Part shown: positions 1 through 11,200 of the stretch, one piece after another | Position numbering within the stretch: the first letter of the stretch is position 1 | Layout of the letters: every line of letters starts with the position of its first letter | DNA from: Coniocarpon cinnabarinum | Taxonomy: Eukaryota | Reading direction: 5' to 3' | DNA length: 46,255 nt | Assembly: GCA_051942205.1 (NCBI GenBank) | Contig: JAVECO010000071.1 | Span: forward strand, 62,001-108,255 | Translations under genes and position numbers: made by a program | Notes under the pieces: generated by a model | The model's input: the letters and a program-made list of their open reading frames with translations, nothing else | Told to the model about the DNA's origin: nothing | Databases searched by the model: none

Positions 1-600
1 CGGTCAGCGCAGCAAGAGGATGAGTTGGAGTGCGGCTATGCTGGGTGTGGCAGTAATCATGGTCGTTTAAGAGCTGGAGGGACTGAGCAATGTTTTGATG
101 ATATCCACCGTTTTAATGAGTATATATGTGATTTCGACGAGACAATCACGCATTTCGATTCTCACGGATCGTCTTCAGAACACTGTGCAGTCGCTTACGA
201 AGCACGCAGCTTCATTTTATCGCTTGCAGGGAACTTGTGTGCGTTGTCGGAGAGCAAGTACAAAGTCCTGGAGCAATTGACCTCAACTTTTTGGGAGCCG
301 GAGATTGAGCGGAGACGGACTCCATGCGTGACCACCGCGAGCATTCTAGAGTTTTTGCTGACACCGTTCAGCTCTGTAGAAGCAGTGGCAAAAGCCTTCA
401 TCGGCCTTCACGATAGCAATTATGTGAATGGGAAGACAAGACAACAAGTCAGGGCTAGGCAGCTGTGGCTCATCCCCGCAGATTTGACGCAGGGCTCTGT
501 GGCGCAGCAGATGACGTCTAGCGGGGCATTGGGAGAAGGCGAGAGGGAGAGAGGGATGCCTGATGACAAGGTTGACATAGCAACAAATTCCACATCCTAG
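1..600 (+). CDS. Possible 3' end of a hypothetical protein gene (5' truncated by window edge)
   Basis: Frame 1 is open from position 1 to TAG at 598-600 (about 199 codons). No recognisable motif, and the stop is only about 120 bp before the next ATG, so it may be non-coding. Confidence 0.3.
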   Translation, partial: RSAQQEDELECGYAGCGSNHGRLRAGGTEQCFDDIHRFNEYICDFDETITHFDSHGSSSEHCAVAYEARSFILSLAGNLCALSESKYKVLEQLTSTFWEPEIERRRTPCVTTASILEFLLTPFSSVEAVAKAFIGLHDSNYVNGKTRQQVRARQLWLIPADLTQGSVAQQMTSSGALGEGERERGMPDDKVDIATNSTS

Positions 601-717
601 TTTCCACTGCCTCTTGTTGCATCCTTTACAAACTCCCTCAAATACTATCCACATTTTCTTTCGACCTCGGACTCACAAGCACTTGCAGTTGCTCACGATT
701 GTAACCAACACGTCAAC

Positions 718-1734
718 ATGGCTGAAGCTACCACGGTTCACGTCAAGAACATCAGCTCCCATACATCCGAGGCTCAGGTCAAGGACTTCTTCAGCTTTTG
801 TGGCAAGATCAGCAACCTCTCGATTTCTAAAGACGGTGACGCTCAATCTGCTGCCGTGACCTTTGAGAAACCTACCGCCGCGAAGACTGCCCTCCTCCTC
901 GACAATACCCAATTGGGGCCGAACTTGGTGCACGTCTCGTCCGCTGCCAGTCTCGAGGAGCTCAGCTCTCCGAAATCTGCTGGTGGTCACGATGAGCATG
1001 CGCAAAGCGAGGATGTGCCGCAAGAGGACAAGCCTCGTGCACGCATCATTGCCGAGTACCTTGCTCATGGCTACACCTTCTCTGATCAAGCCATCCAGCG
1101 TGCTATCGACCTAGACAAGCAGCACGGCTATTCGTCTCGTTTCTCAACCGCGCTCTCGAGCTGGGACCAAAAGACCAAGGCTAGCGAGCGAGCAGCAGCG
1201 ATCGACCAGAAGTTCGGTGTCAGCAACAAGGCGGGCCAGGGATATCGCACGTTCAACAGCTACTTCGAGAAAGCGATGAATACACCCTCTGGACAAAAAG
1301 TCCGCGATTTCTACATGAACACCTCGAAGCAAGTTGTTGATGTCCACACTGAAGCGCGCAGACTGGCAGACATGAAGGCAGGCAAGAGTCCAACAGAACA
1401 ATCTGCTGCTGGAACCCCTGGCATGTCGGCCGCTGCTGGTGGAATGGCTGCGACCGGTGCAAATGCGCCAGCTAGCCACGGCGAGCTGGTGGAGAAGATG
1501 AACATGGAGCAAATTCCAGGGACTAGCAACACCAAGTGTACGTGTGCCGGGGAGTCGGGTACATGCCCGTGCGCGCCAGGTCAATGTCGATGTGCTGGAT
1601 GTGGCAAGGTAAGCATGGAACAAACGAAGGTATATGACCACATTCCCACGCTGACCCGTTTAAAACAGAACCCGGAAGAGCGCAAGGTGAGCGAAGCTGC
1701 CCAGCATACGACATCCGTGCCACCCACGCAGTAA
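718..1734 (+). CDS. vip1: Vip1-like RRM-domain protein with C-terminal Cys-rich tail (about 318 aa if intron 1609-1668 is spliced)
   Basis: N-terminal RRM (TVHVKNIS...VKDFFSFCGKI...VTFEKPTAAKTALLLDNTQLG), then QEDKPRARIIAEYLAHGY typical of fungal Vip1-like proteins. Intron GTAAGC(1609)...GCTGAC...CAG(1668), 60 nt. Confidence 0.85.
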   Translation: MAEATTVHVKNISSHTSEAQVKDFFSFCGKISNLSISKDGDAQSAAVTFEKPTAAKTALLLDNTQLGPNLVHVSSAASLEELSSPKSAGGHDEHAQSEDVPQEDKPRARIIAEYLAHGYTFSDQAIQRAIDLDKQHGYSSRFSTALSSWDQKTKASERAAAIDQKFGVSNKAGQGYRTFNSYFEKAMNTPSGQKVRDFYMNTSKQVVDVHTEARRLADMKAGKSPTEQSAAGTPGMSAAAGGMAATGANAPASHGELVEKMNMEQIPGTSNTKCTCAGESGTCPCAPGQCRCAGCGKVSMEQTKVYDHIPTLTRLKQNPEERKVSEAAQHTTSVPPTQ

Positions 1735-2152
1735 GCTGAAGGTGATGGTTTATGACCGTGGTTACCACGTCTTGAGGATGCAAGGGTGAAACCTTAGACG
1801 CTCTCGTAAGAGCTTACGTAGTCGATGTTTGAAAATGGATAGCACGGCGCGCGGTGGTTCATATCAGCATGATCATGATCAATGCCAAACTTTTCTCAAG
1901 AATTTCTCGATGTCTCAAGCGTGCAACGTCTCACAATTCAACCCTTGCTTTAGTAATGTCTCGAAACCTTTGGATCTCTCGTCTAAATTCTTCAAACAAT
2001 CGACACCCTGCCCACAGGTACCAACCCCTACATCATCAATTTCACTGGGACATTTTCTCCTCAGCAATGTCTACTTGATCAACGTCCTAGCTGTAGCCCA
2101 CAAATTGTGCTTTAGCCTTCAATATATTAAAGACTCCTCATAGTGCTCATCA

Positions 2153-2995
2153 ATGGCCTCCATCTCCCGCTCCGCCGCGGACGCCACCCGCTTCACCGCC
2201 ACCGGTCCTTCCGCCCAATCCTACTCCAATGCCTCACCCTCCACAACCCGCAGCAGCACAATCAACATCCCCACATCGCCCCCTCCACCCAACGAGACAC
2301 CCCAACAAAAAGTCGAACGCCTACGAGAAGCCGCACGCCGCGCCAAAGCCGGCCAAATCTCTACCTTCGATCGTTTTTTACAATACGGCCGTGCCGCCGC
2401 CGATCGTGCGCACCGAGTCACTGTCGTGGGACTCGTCTCCCTCAGCGTAATATGTACGGGCATGGCGATGTACTCACTCGGCGACATGATGGTGTATAAC
2501 CGCCGGAAACGACGTGAGTTTTTTGCAGAGCAGCAGAGGAATTACGACGTCGCGCTGTTTAAGGCGGAGACAGCGGAGCGAGAGGGGACACTGACGCCGG
2601 ATCTGGCGCTCGTACTGAACAAGGAGCGCGCGGTGCGGCAATATGAAGAAGAGCAGGCGCGGAAGGGGGGCGTGTTCAAGCAGGCACGGGAATGGTTGTT
2701 CGGGGGGATGAGTGCCAGTGCGGGGGGAAGACTGGGGAAAGGGGGATTCGAGGCGGAGGAGATCAAGCGAATTGCGGAGGGGCGGTTTGCGGAGGAGGAT
2801 GTGGGGAATGCGCTTAGGCAGCCGGATGTGAGGGAGACGAGGCCGGAGTTGATGGTTAAGGAGGCGGCGGCGGTGGCGCGGATGGAGAGGGAGACGCGGG
2901 CGAGTGGCGGACTGCTGGATGATATGGCGGATGCGGCAGCGAGGGATGTATCGGAGAGGGGGAGGAGTTGGTGGTCTTGGGCGATGAGGAGATGA
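2153..2995 (+). CDS. cox14: COX14-family cytochrome c oxidase assembly protein (280 aa)
   Basis: SRSAADATRFTAT start, ETPQQKVERLR, and ADRAHRVTVVGLVSLSVICTGMAMYSL single TM segment match the filamentous-fungal COX14-domain proteins as I recall them. Intronless. Confidence 0.7.
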   Translation: MASISRSAADATRFTATGPSAQSYSNASPSTTRSSTINIPTSPPPPNETPQQKVERLREAARRAKAGQISTFDRFLQYGRAAADRAHRVTVVGLVSLSVICTGMAMYSLGDMMVYNRRKRREFFAEQQRNYDVALFKAETAEREGTLTPDLALVLNKERAVRQYEEEQARKGGVFKQAREWLFGGMSASAGGRLGKGGFEAEEIKRIAEGRFAEEDVGNALRQPDVRETRPELMVKEAAAVARMERETRASGGLLDDMADAAARDVSERGRSWWSWAMRR

Positions 2996-3322
2996 AGTCG
3001 TGGATTATGTATTTGCATTGCATGGCATGGCATGGCGTGCGGGCTTGACCATCACTTTGATGCGTCGCATGGAAAATATTCTGTATCTATATACTTACTT
3101 CACTTCACCAATTTGGCAAGCGAAAGCTTCCACTTACAGTCTTACTCCCATTGCCTTGCGTTAGAGTACCCAATTCCTTCACTAGCCAACGTGCTGCTGT
3201 TTGGTGCATACCACTCCGTATATCATATCACAATACAGTTGGCGAGACGAAAGGAAACCGAAGTCAACGCAATGAAATGCAAAAATTTGCGTGAATTTAA
3301 TTCAATTTTAGGTAACCGGTCC

Positions 3323-4067
3323 TCAGCCAGTCCCTAAGCCACTCTGCCTAACAGGCACCTGCTCATATCCAGCCGAGTCCGGCACCGCCGACTAAAAAAT
3401 TAGCAAGACACCCTAGTCAATCATACCACCAAGAGGAAGATCGAGCACTCACCCCTCTCCTCCTCTCCACATACGGTCGCACCCCCGCCCAAACCAACAA
3501 CCCCACCGTCACAATACAAAACGTATAAATAACGGCTTGATCCTTCGCGCTGTCGCGCTGAAAGCACGTCGCCACGATTTCGTCCTCGCGGCCGCGGTTC
3601 TCAGCTTTGCAGTCGTCTAGCTTGGGGAGGTCGTACATGAGGCAGAATTGGCGATTGCAGTCGGCGCAGGAGCGGCGGTGGGGCGTTTTTTCTGCGTCGC
3701 TGTCGCTGTCGCTGGCGTTCTCTTTGTCATTGGTGGATGATGCGGATGGAGGAACAATATCGCGGGAGGAGCTATCTGATGTGCCCGGGTCGATGTTGGG
3801 GGTGTTGGGGGGACTGTCGAGGGCGATTATTGTGGAGTTGGTTTTGCAGGTGCATTTGCAGAAGGAAGCGCGGGCTATCAAGTTTTAGCTATATATTGAA
3901 GAACAAGAGGGTGTCGTAACGCTTGATTGACCGGTTGCATAGTCTTTCTTGTCTTTCCTATATAATTTTTGTTGCAGGTAGCAGAGTCACTTACATGCGG
4001 CGGAGGCGAAATGGGCTATGAGGAGGAGCACAAGTGAGGTCACTAGAAGATGCTGCTGTCGTCTCAT
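3323..4067 (-). CDS. Small Cys-rich type I membrane protein of unknown function (187 aa, 3 exons)
   Basis: Exons 4067-3995, 3874-3453, 3391-3323 join in frame (564 nt). Introns GTAAGT..TAG (3994-3875) and GTGAGT..GCTAAT..TAG (3452-3392). Signal peptide MRRQQHLLVTSLVLLLIAHFASA, FCKCTC / CADCNRQFC / C / CFQRDS motifs, one TM helix (AVIYTFCIVTVGLLVWAGV). Confidence 0.8.
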
Positions 4068-4411
4068 CTTGGCAGACTCTCAAATTTTTCTTATTATGTT
4101 TGGCCTTTCCCAACGCCAGTTGCCCTTATCGTACACTCTATCGATCTTCAAGATTCAGAACACCGGCGATGCGGACGTCAGGTACAATCAGATGACAGCA
4201 CGGCACTTGTCTTCATCCGGCTAGCTTACCAACAAGGCACGTGGAAAGTCCCCACATTTGCACAAGCTCCCTCACTGCTACGCCGTCACACTTTCTGTTG
4301 ACGTGGTTTGTTTGCTTCTACGAAAACCCTCGGCTGCAATCGCGGACTCACAGCCCCATCCGTGGCTTGCTGAGGCAGCTTTACCACGCTCTTCCGGCGG
4401 GCTTGAGATAT

Positions 4412-6175
4412 ATGACAGCCTTTCCGTCCAAAGATCCGTCAAAATCCGCGTCCGCACTGCAAGAGGATCCCGCAAGTTACAAGCGGCTGTACATCTCACC
4501 TCTTACCCCTGACATTTTACCGGTCATTCTTTCCGTCGACCAACAGCGCCTTGCAAGCGAATCAGTGTCCTTTCATCATCCCCAGACGAGCCTAGAGAAG
4601 AGTTTTGGCTACCTCGACCTGCCCCACGAAGCGGCGGACAAGCTCCGAAAGAAGCTTCACGGCAGTACTTTCAGGGGCTTCAAAATGCGTGTGGAAGAGT
4701 CGAAACCAGAGCGAGGCGCTAGTGCGTCGACTCGAAAGCGCAAAGCTGACGTGGTGGCTGAGAACGCTAAAGACGAGGCGGAAAGTGGGAAACGCACACG
4801 CAGAGGCAAGAAGCCTGACGAAGGAGTCGCGAAGGGCGAAGAACTTCCTGCGGGCCGCAAAGTGAAGCGCGGATGGGATGAGGGCGACAAGAAGGGGAGA
4901 AGCGCAGGTAAAGACGCTGAGCCTGAGCCTGGAGAGACGAAGATGGTGTTTCGCACGAGTGTGCCTCCTAACAAGACTGAGAACGTCGAGGAGGAACCGG
5001 CGAAAGGAAAAGCGCACAAAAAAGGTAAGAAGAGCAAAGAAAATGGTACTACTCTTGATGTCAAAGAGTTCGAGAAGACTGAGAAGGTACCAACGTTCTT
5101 GCGGGGCAACTCAAAGCCTGGCAAGACCACAAAGACTACCTACGACGACGAAAAAGGATGGGTTGATGAGAATGGCAATGTCGTTGAAGAAGTCAAGAAG
5201 ACTCGCAAGGGTTCCAAGAGTCGCAAGAAATCAGACCAGGAACCGAATGATGATGTGGCCATGGCTGAATCATCGAAAGCCTCGAACACCAAGACACGAG
5301 CTACTGCCGCTAAGGATGCTGAGCTGCAGCCTCCAAAAGATACCACACCTCAGATTGCAGTTGACTCTACGGCCGTAATCGACGACAATGCAAACGACAT
5401 GGATGGTCCGTCAGCAGGAGCAGCGGATGAACCTACCACAGATTCGCCATCAATCCTGCAATCCAAATCACCATCTACCCTCGAATCACTCTTCAAACGC
5501 CCTGCGCCATCCGACAAATCAAAGTCAACCAACCGCCCCGCGCCGATTCAAACCTTCTCATTCTTCGGCGATGAGCCCAAAGAAAGCGGCGAGAAAGATG
5601 ACGACGACGATGGGAGCCCGGATCCAGATGTGCCCATTGACAGCGATATGGCTGCGTCTGTACGCAATAACCTGCGCCGAAGACGCCTAGCGTCATTGCA
5701 GATCCCACCACACACGCCCTTCACCCGGCGCGACCTTGATGCTCGTGGTCTCCGGTCCGCCGCACCAACACCCGACACAGCAGCCATCGGCAAACGCGTC
5801 AAAGCGCCCTGGAAGCGCTCTCAAACACGCAGCGTCAGTCAAGACGCCGATTCCCGAAGCGGGTCGGGACCACCAGGCGAACGGAGCTCTTTACTACGCG
5901 AAACCATCGAGGAAGAGGCAGAAGAGGAAGAGGCAGATGCATTACCTGGTGTGGATGAGAGTACGCTGAGTAACGACAAGGTGTCGGACGTAGTGAAGAT
6001 CAAGATGGAGCAGAGTCCGGAAGGTGCCGCGAAGGGATCCGAAGAGCGTGAGCAGACGGAGTTTGAGAAGCAGTTTTATGAACAGAGGGGAGATTTGAAT
6101 CGGGCTTGGAAGAGCCACAGGAGGGAGGCGAAGAAGAGGACGAGACAGGCGAGTAATCGGAGGGGACGGGGTTGA
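4412..6175 (+). CDS. Lys/Glu-rich probable nucleolar protein with N-terminal RRM-like domain (NOL8/Nop8- or SRP40-like)
   Basis: First in-frame ATG at 4412 within ORF 4241-6175. KRLYISPL...FGYLDL...KLRKKLHGSTFRGFKMRVE is RRM-like; long charged low-complexity middle; basic C-terminus FEKQFYEQRGDLNRAWKSHRREAKKR. Confidence 0.65.
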   Translation: MTAFPSKDPSKSASALQEDPASYKRLYISPLTPDILPVILSVDQQRLASESVSFHHPQTSLEKSFGYLDLPHEAADKLRKKLHGSTFRGFKMRVEESKPERGASASTRKRKADVVAENAKDEAESGKRTRRGKKPDEGVAKGEELPAGRKVKRGWDEGDKKGRSAGKDAEPEPGETKMVFRTSVPPNKTENVEEEPAKGKAHKKGKKSKENGTTLDVKEFEKTEKVPTFLRGNSKPGKTTKTTYDDEKGWVDENGNVVEEVKKTRKGSKSRKKSDQEPNDDVAMAESSKASNTKTRATAAKDAELQPPKDTTPQIAVDSTAVIDDNANDMDGPSAGAADEPTTDSPSILQSKSPSTLESLFKRPAPSDKSKSTNRPAPIQTFSFFGDEPKESGEKDDDDDGSPDPDVPIDSDMAASVRNNLRRRRLASLQIPPHTPFTRRDLDARGLRSAAPTPDTAAIGKRVKAPWKRSQTRSVSQDADSRSGSGPPGERSSLLRETIEEEAEEEEADALPGVDESTLSNDKVSDVVKIKMEQSPEGAAKGSEEREQTEFEKQFYEQRGDLNRAWKSHRREAKKRTRQASNRRGRG

Positions 6176-6849
6176 GAGCTTGAAGTGAGAAGTAGTAATA
6201 TCGATGAGGGGGAGGGCGAAGGTAGTACAGATTGGCCGTTTGAGTTGTGTGTTGCAGATGTCCGTCATTAGGCAGAATTGTACATCCGTTTGTACATTTT
6301 CACGTGAAGCAAGATACAAGGAATTTGAATGATATCATGCCTGGTTGCTGTGACTTTAACATAGGTATTCAATACATAGCAGGGTATACGAGTGTATCTA
6401 TCTACACGCTAATCACAGCTACTCCCTTACTTCTATCAGCCAGCTTGACGGCTACATGCATACACCGTCGCTCTTGCCATCAATTGCGACCTTCTAATGG
6501 TACAAGACGGCTTTTACATGTGCAAACGCGGTGCAAAAACTCCAGTGTATAATCGAAAGGGTCCATGCAACTACTGAAAGCCATTCTTGCGATGTGGTCT
6601 TTTTCTCTTCAACAGCGGCTAAGCCGCACCTACCCGAACACGCAAACGCGCCACTATGCCTTCCTTGTAAACCTCCATCACCTGACGCTTTCTCGTCGTC
6701 AGATATTGCCTGTTTCGTAAGCCTTTCTCGTCACCTTCGCCTCTGACGACGAACATATATCTAAGCCACCGGGCAACTCCTGCAAGAGTGATTCGCAATG
6801 AAACACACTTACTCATTTGTTACTTTCCCCTACCATAAAGACTTCCGAG

Positions 6850-7542
6850 ATGGACAAGAGAAGGGTGACTCCGCCGGAGCAAACAGCTAACAATGTCATT
6901 GGCAGTCCACCTAATACTGGTCTCGCAAATTTCAGCTTCAGTAGTCCGGATCAGCAGGGAGTGGGAACTTCCCCAGCAAGTCCAGGTGGGAACAATAATT
7001 CGACAGCCGCTTTTTTGAAGCTGATTTTGAACAAAGACGACGATGATGGCGTCACTAAGGCAGAGAGCTCTCCAATCGAGGAGCAAAATGCCGTCACCAA
7101 GACTGAATCAACTCCCGATGTTTTGAAACCTCCACCGTTAGATGAGAGCGTTCTCGACCAGGTTTCATGCTGGTTCGGCCCACGGCAACCCGAGAGAGAT
7201 GTGCACAGTCTCAGTTTAGAAGTCAAGCAACCACTGATCGAGATGATAAATCGCTGGAATCAGTGGCATGTCGGCCGCTTTGACGAAAAGAAGTGGGATG
7301 TATCGTCTCGCCATTCAGCGCACTGGCCGTGCATTCGCTCAATGAGAGTGGATGGGGCATCGAATGCGACGCGCGATACTTACGGTTACGCATGCAATAG
7401 TTGTGCTGAACGTCGGTCCTTTTGCATACGAGCGAGAGGTCTGAAACAAGTCCCCCTGGTGGTACCTCTGCCACCTACGAAGCGACGCAAAGTCAATGAT
7501 CCAGACGACCTACGCTTCTGGATCATGCCAGAGAAGCAGTGA
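6850..7542 (+). CDS. Hypothetical protein with C-terminal Cys motif
   Basis: ATG 6850 in a 241-codon ORF. Ser/Pro-rich N-terminus; C-terminal C-x17-YACNSC-x6-C...PLPP...D..FW, possibly Zn-binding. True start or upstream exons uncertain. Confidence 0.55.
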   Translation: MDKRRVTPPEQTANNVIGSPPNTGLANFSFSSPDQQGVGTSPASPGGNNNSTAAFLKLILNKDDDDGVTKAESSPIEEQNAVTKTESTPDVLKPPPLDESVLDQVSCWFGPRQPERDVHSLSLEVKQPLIEMINRWNQWHVGRFDEKKWDVSSRHSAHWPCIRSMRVDGASNATRDTYGYACNSCAERRSFCIRARGLKQVPLVVPLPPTKRRKVNDPDDLRFWIMPEKQ

Positions 7543-8288
7543 GCCCCACCTGAGGAATCGAAACTCAGCAATAAGCGCAGCTCTGAATAGTTGAATTGTT
7601 CAACAGCCATGGACGGCAAAACTAGGATCCACGGAGAATTGAGTGGGGCTTTGATTTCATCTCAGTGGGTGTATGGAGGAGGATTTACCTGGATGACAAC
7701 ACAAGTACTAGTCCAATCTCTGGAAATCTAGGTAGTACACAATCTTGTCGTTGTCATCGTGTTTGAGCCAGGGAAGGTACGATCATCGAGGCCCTCTGCA
7801 GGAGCGTGATCGTGTGCAAAAGCTCAACCCAGGCTTGAAATCGACTTTCAAAGCAGCGCAGTCTTTCTGCCTTTCTTCTATTTTTTTTACCTGAGCAAGT
7901 GACTCCATAATAGCGGTGTAGACCAGCAGCAGAGCTCCACAGTCGATGATGAGGCTCAAATTATGTAAAGCTCCGTGACCCTGCACGTTAGACGCCATTT
8001 CCGGACTGATCTCACTTCTTGGCAACGCTAATCCAATGAGCCATCGAAGAGCTTTTGCCTCGTCCACACCGCAATGCCCTTGTTCAGCGTTTATCTGCTG
8101 CTCGTTCCCTCGACGAACATGAGAAGCCTTATAGGTGGTGCGTGGGACGTGGCAAACGTACCCTTGGGCTGACCTGTGAGCTCTTGCACCGCAAAGTTTC
8201 CTTGCACGCTCTAGGTCTCGAGATCTTACAGCAACGATTTGACTTTGGTGGAATATCGCCCAGTTTTGTCCGTGATCTTCATTCAAAT

Positions 8289-11200
8289 ATGGCGGGAGCT
8301 CGCAAGCAGCAATATGGAGAGCTCATGCGCGCCACTGCTCGCGGTGACGCCGAGGCTCTTGAGCCCTTGATCCCCAGAATTAAAGACGAGGGTGCGCTGG
8401 ATGACAACCTCCTGCGCGTCGGCCTTCAGAATGCGTGCAAAAAGGGCAAGGTAGCTGCTGCTCGCTTACTTCTGAGGGAAGGTGCGCCGACCGATCTTTT
8501 CGGAAGCAGGGGCGCTCCGGCGCTGTTCTGGGTAGTCACCCAACCGCAGACCAAAGGGCATCATGAGACCATAAGACTGCTCCTCTCAAACGAGTATCCG
8601 ACCTGTCCGGCGAACAAGGAATGGAAAGAAGAGAAGGGGCGCACCATTTTCATGGCAGCTGCTTGGAGAGGTCATAATGAGGCACTGAAGCTACTTCTCG
8701 ACGATGGCGCAAAATTCAACGCGCGGGATGAAGATCACAGGACTGTTCTGCACAATCTAGCTTTCGACAAGAGGTGTCGGTGGAATGAAGAGACCATCAG
8801 AATCATCTTGGATAGAGACATCGATTTGGATGCAAAAGACAACAAGTCGAGGACGGCACTACACTGGGCGGTTGCAACGGGCAAGCCGAGCCTTGTAGCT
8901 CAGCTCCTCACGAGATCAAAACATAGGCAGCTCAATGTGAATGCTCGAACTTCTCGAGGTAAGACTGCTCTTCACCTCGCTTGTCGTGCGCTTCCTCCCA
9001 TGCCTTCAATTGTCGAGATGCTGTTGAGATTTGGTGCCGATCCTTGTATTTCCAGTGACGGGAATTGGACTTGTCTTCACAACTCCGCGAAACACCAGAG
9101 AACGGAAGAAATGGTCCACCTGATCTTGGAACATGATCCGACGTTGATTAATGCGAAGACTTCCACTGGCATGACGCCCTTACACGTGGCTGCACAATTT
9201 GGCAACGTCGAGGCTGTCACTCGGCTCGTTGGAGAGGAAGGTGTGAAGTTAAATGCAAAGGTAAGTCGAGGTCCTTTTGACACGTCCATATTCCAAGACT
9301 CACCGCTGGCCTTGTAGGATGCTTTTTACATGACTCCAATGCTGCGGGCAGCACAGGGTCGCCATCACGACATCGTGCACCTCCTGTGCCCATTTAATGA
9401 AGTCAACGTTGGAAAACTTACTCAGCTTGCGCGCCACACCTGCGAGAGCTTTCAGGCAACGATTGTTGATTTTCGGGCGAACACTGATGACCCACCGCTC
9501 GTCTCAAAACGTACAATCAGTGAAGTCCTCTACGAACACGAAGCTGACGGCAGCCCAAAGACAACGACAAACGTACACAACTTGAAAAGAAAACCGAACG
9601 CTAAAGCAAGGTTTCGGTGGATTCATCTACCAGCGAACAACATGCCGTGGGCTGAGACTTTGATCGCAAAGGCATTTGTTGAGCATGGCGCAAATGATGT
9701 ACGGGGACTCAAAGCAGCGGAAAGAGCTTTTTCGCAGCAGCATCGAGGCGAGCAGTACCATTCAAGCTTCATGAGACCACTGTGTCAACGCGCAGAGCGA
9801 GGTTTTCGTGATTCGCACGGCACAAGAAGCTCCTCAAATCAACCTGGCGTACGATTAAGCGTCACGGAAAAGAGGGCACTAGAAGAAAGCAGTCCTGAAC
9901 GCACGACAGTTCGTGATCGCAATCGCTGGAAATTTGACCTGAACCGCCCCTCCTCTGCTGGTCACGATTACTTACCTAGAATCAACGGCAGCCCGGCTCC
10001 CTCTCAATCTCCTCGTCCTGAGGTTGCAGGGCCCGAGCTAGATGCCAAAAAGAGCGGTAGCGATGGTGCCACTGATCACAAGGCAGACGACGTCCGTGAT
10101 GTCAATCTTAAGGGATCACCTGGAACTCCAAGAACAGCGAAGAAGTCACGGCGCAAGAGAACTCCATCTGGACTAGGGATCGAAAACGCCGCGCCGTCCC
10201 CTGCAACCGACGGCAGGAGCCCACTTCGACCTTCGAGAACACAAAGTTTGCCCATCTCTGAGCTCTCCATTAGCACGAATGATAGTCGCGCTGCTGGTGA
10301 GCGAGCTCTACCTGGGTCTAACATCTTTCTGTTCATGCCTTACCTGCATTTCGAGACAGACTGGGCGCGTCGTGAGATGTCAGCTGCTATTCGAAGCAGC
10401 GTTCCCAAAGGTAATGACGAAGTCAAACGACCTCGCAAAAGGTACCCAAGCCGACCACATAACCGTTGGTCTCGAGATGAGATGCTGATTCATGCATATC
10501 TGCATTCTACGACTGGGTTACACCTCCGACGAACGTTGGATCAATTTTACCTACACGGTATCGACACATCTCAACGCGACGAAGACCAAGTCGTTGGGCG
10601 TTACTGTCGTAGCAAAGGGAAAGAAGAAAAGCTTTACATGGTAGATCAGCTTTGGATGTGGATCATTGGACCATCTCTCATCATCACTGCGTTTCCAAAT
10701 AGATGGAATCAGCCGAAGAATGACCCTTTGAATGTACTCGAAGGTATCATTGAAGACATCAACGCAAAAGCAGGGCGACCTGTGGAGACTGTGCACGACC
10801 TTGCATTGGTGATCAGCGCACGTTGCGCCGGCTCATTTGACCGTCACAAGCCTGGGGATGAAGACTACCAGTTTCTTGACATGTTCGAAAGCTCGATTGG
10901 CAATGTGAACAATCAGGAGACCGACCTCTACAATAGCTTCTATAATGCTTCGCGAACAGTCCACGACTGGCTGCACGCAAACGAGCGCATGATGGCTCCT
11001 GATAGCAACAGCTATCCAAAAGTCGTTGATCGCTTCTTGGACATCGGAGAAGAAACGCGATTACTCAAAGAGATCAAGGATATTCAGGATGAGCTGACCA
11101 TGATCAGCATGGTACTCCACCATCAACGATCAGTCATGGACAATTTTTGTACTGCCATCTGTGACGATCTCAAATGCCTTGGGAGTGGGACAGCCAACAC

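Noticed and set aside
3015..3036. (GCATG/GCATT)n pentamer run in the COX14-like 3' region
   Set aside because: Only 4-5 copies; an ordinary microsatellite.
4241..4411. N-terminal extensions given by the ORF track (also 8055-8288, 18847-18945, 19421-19507)
   Set aside because: Most begin at GTG/TTG and none resembles the protein family; the downstream ATG fits better. The 18945 ATG cannot be fully excluded.
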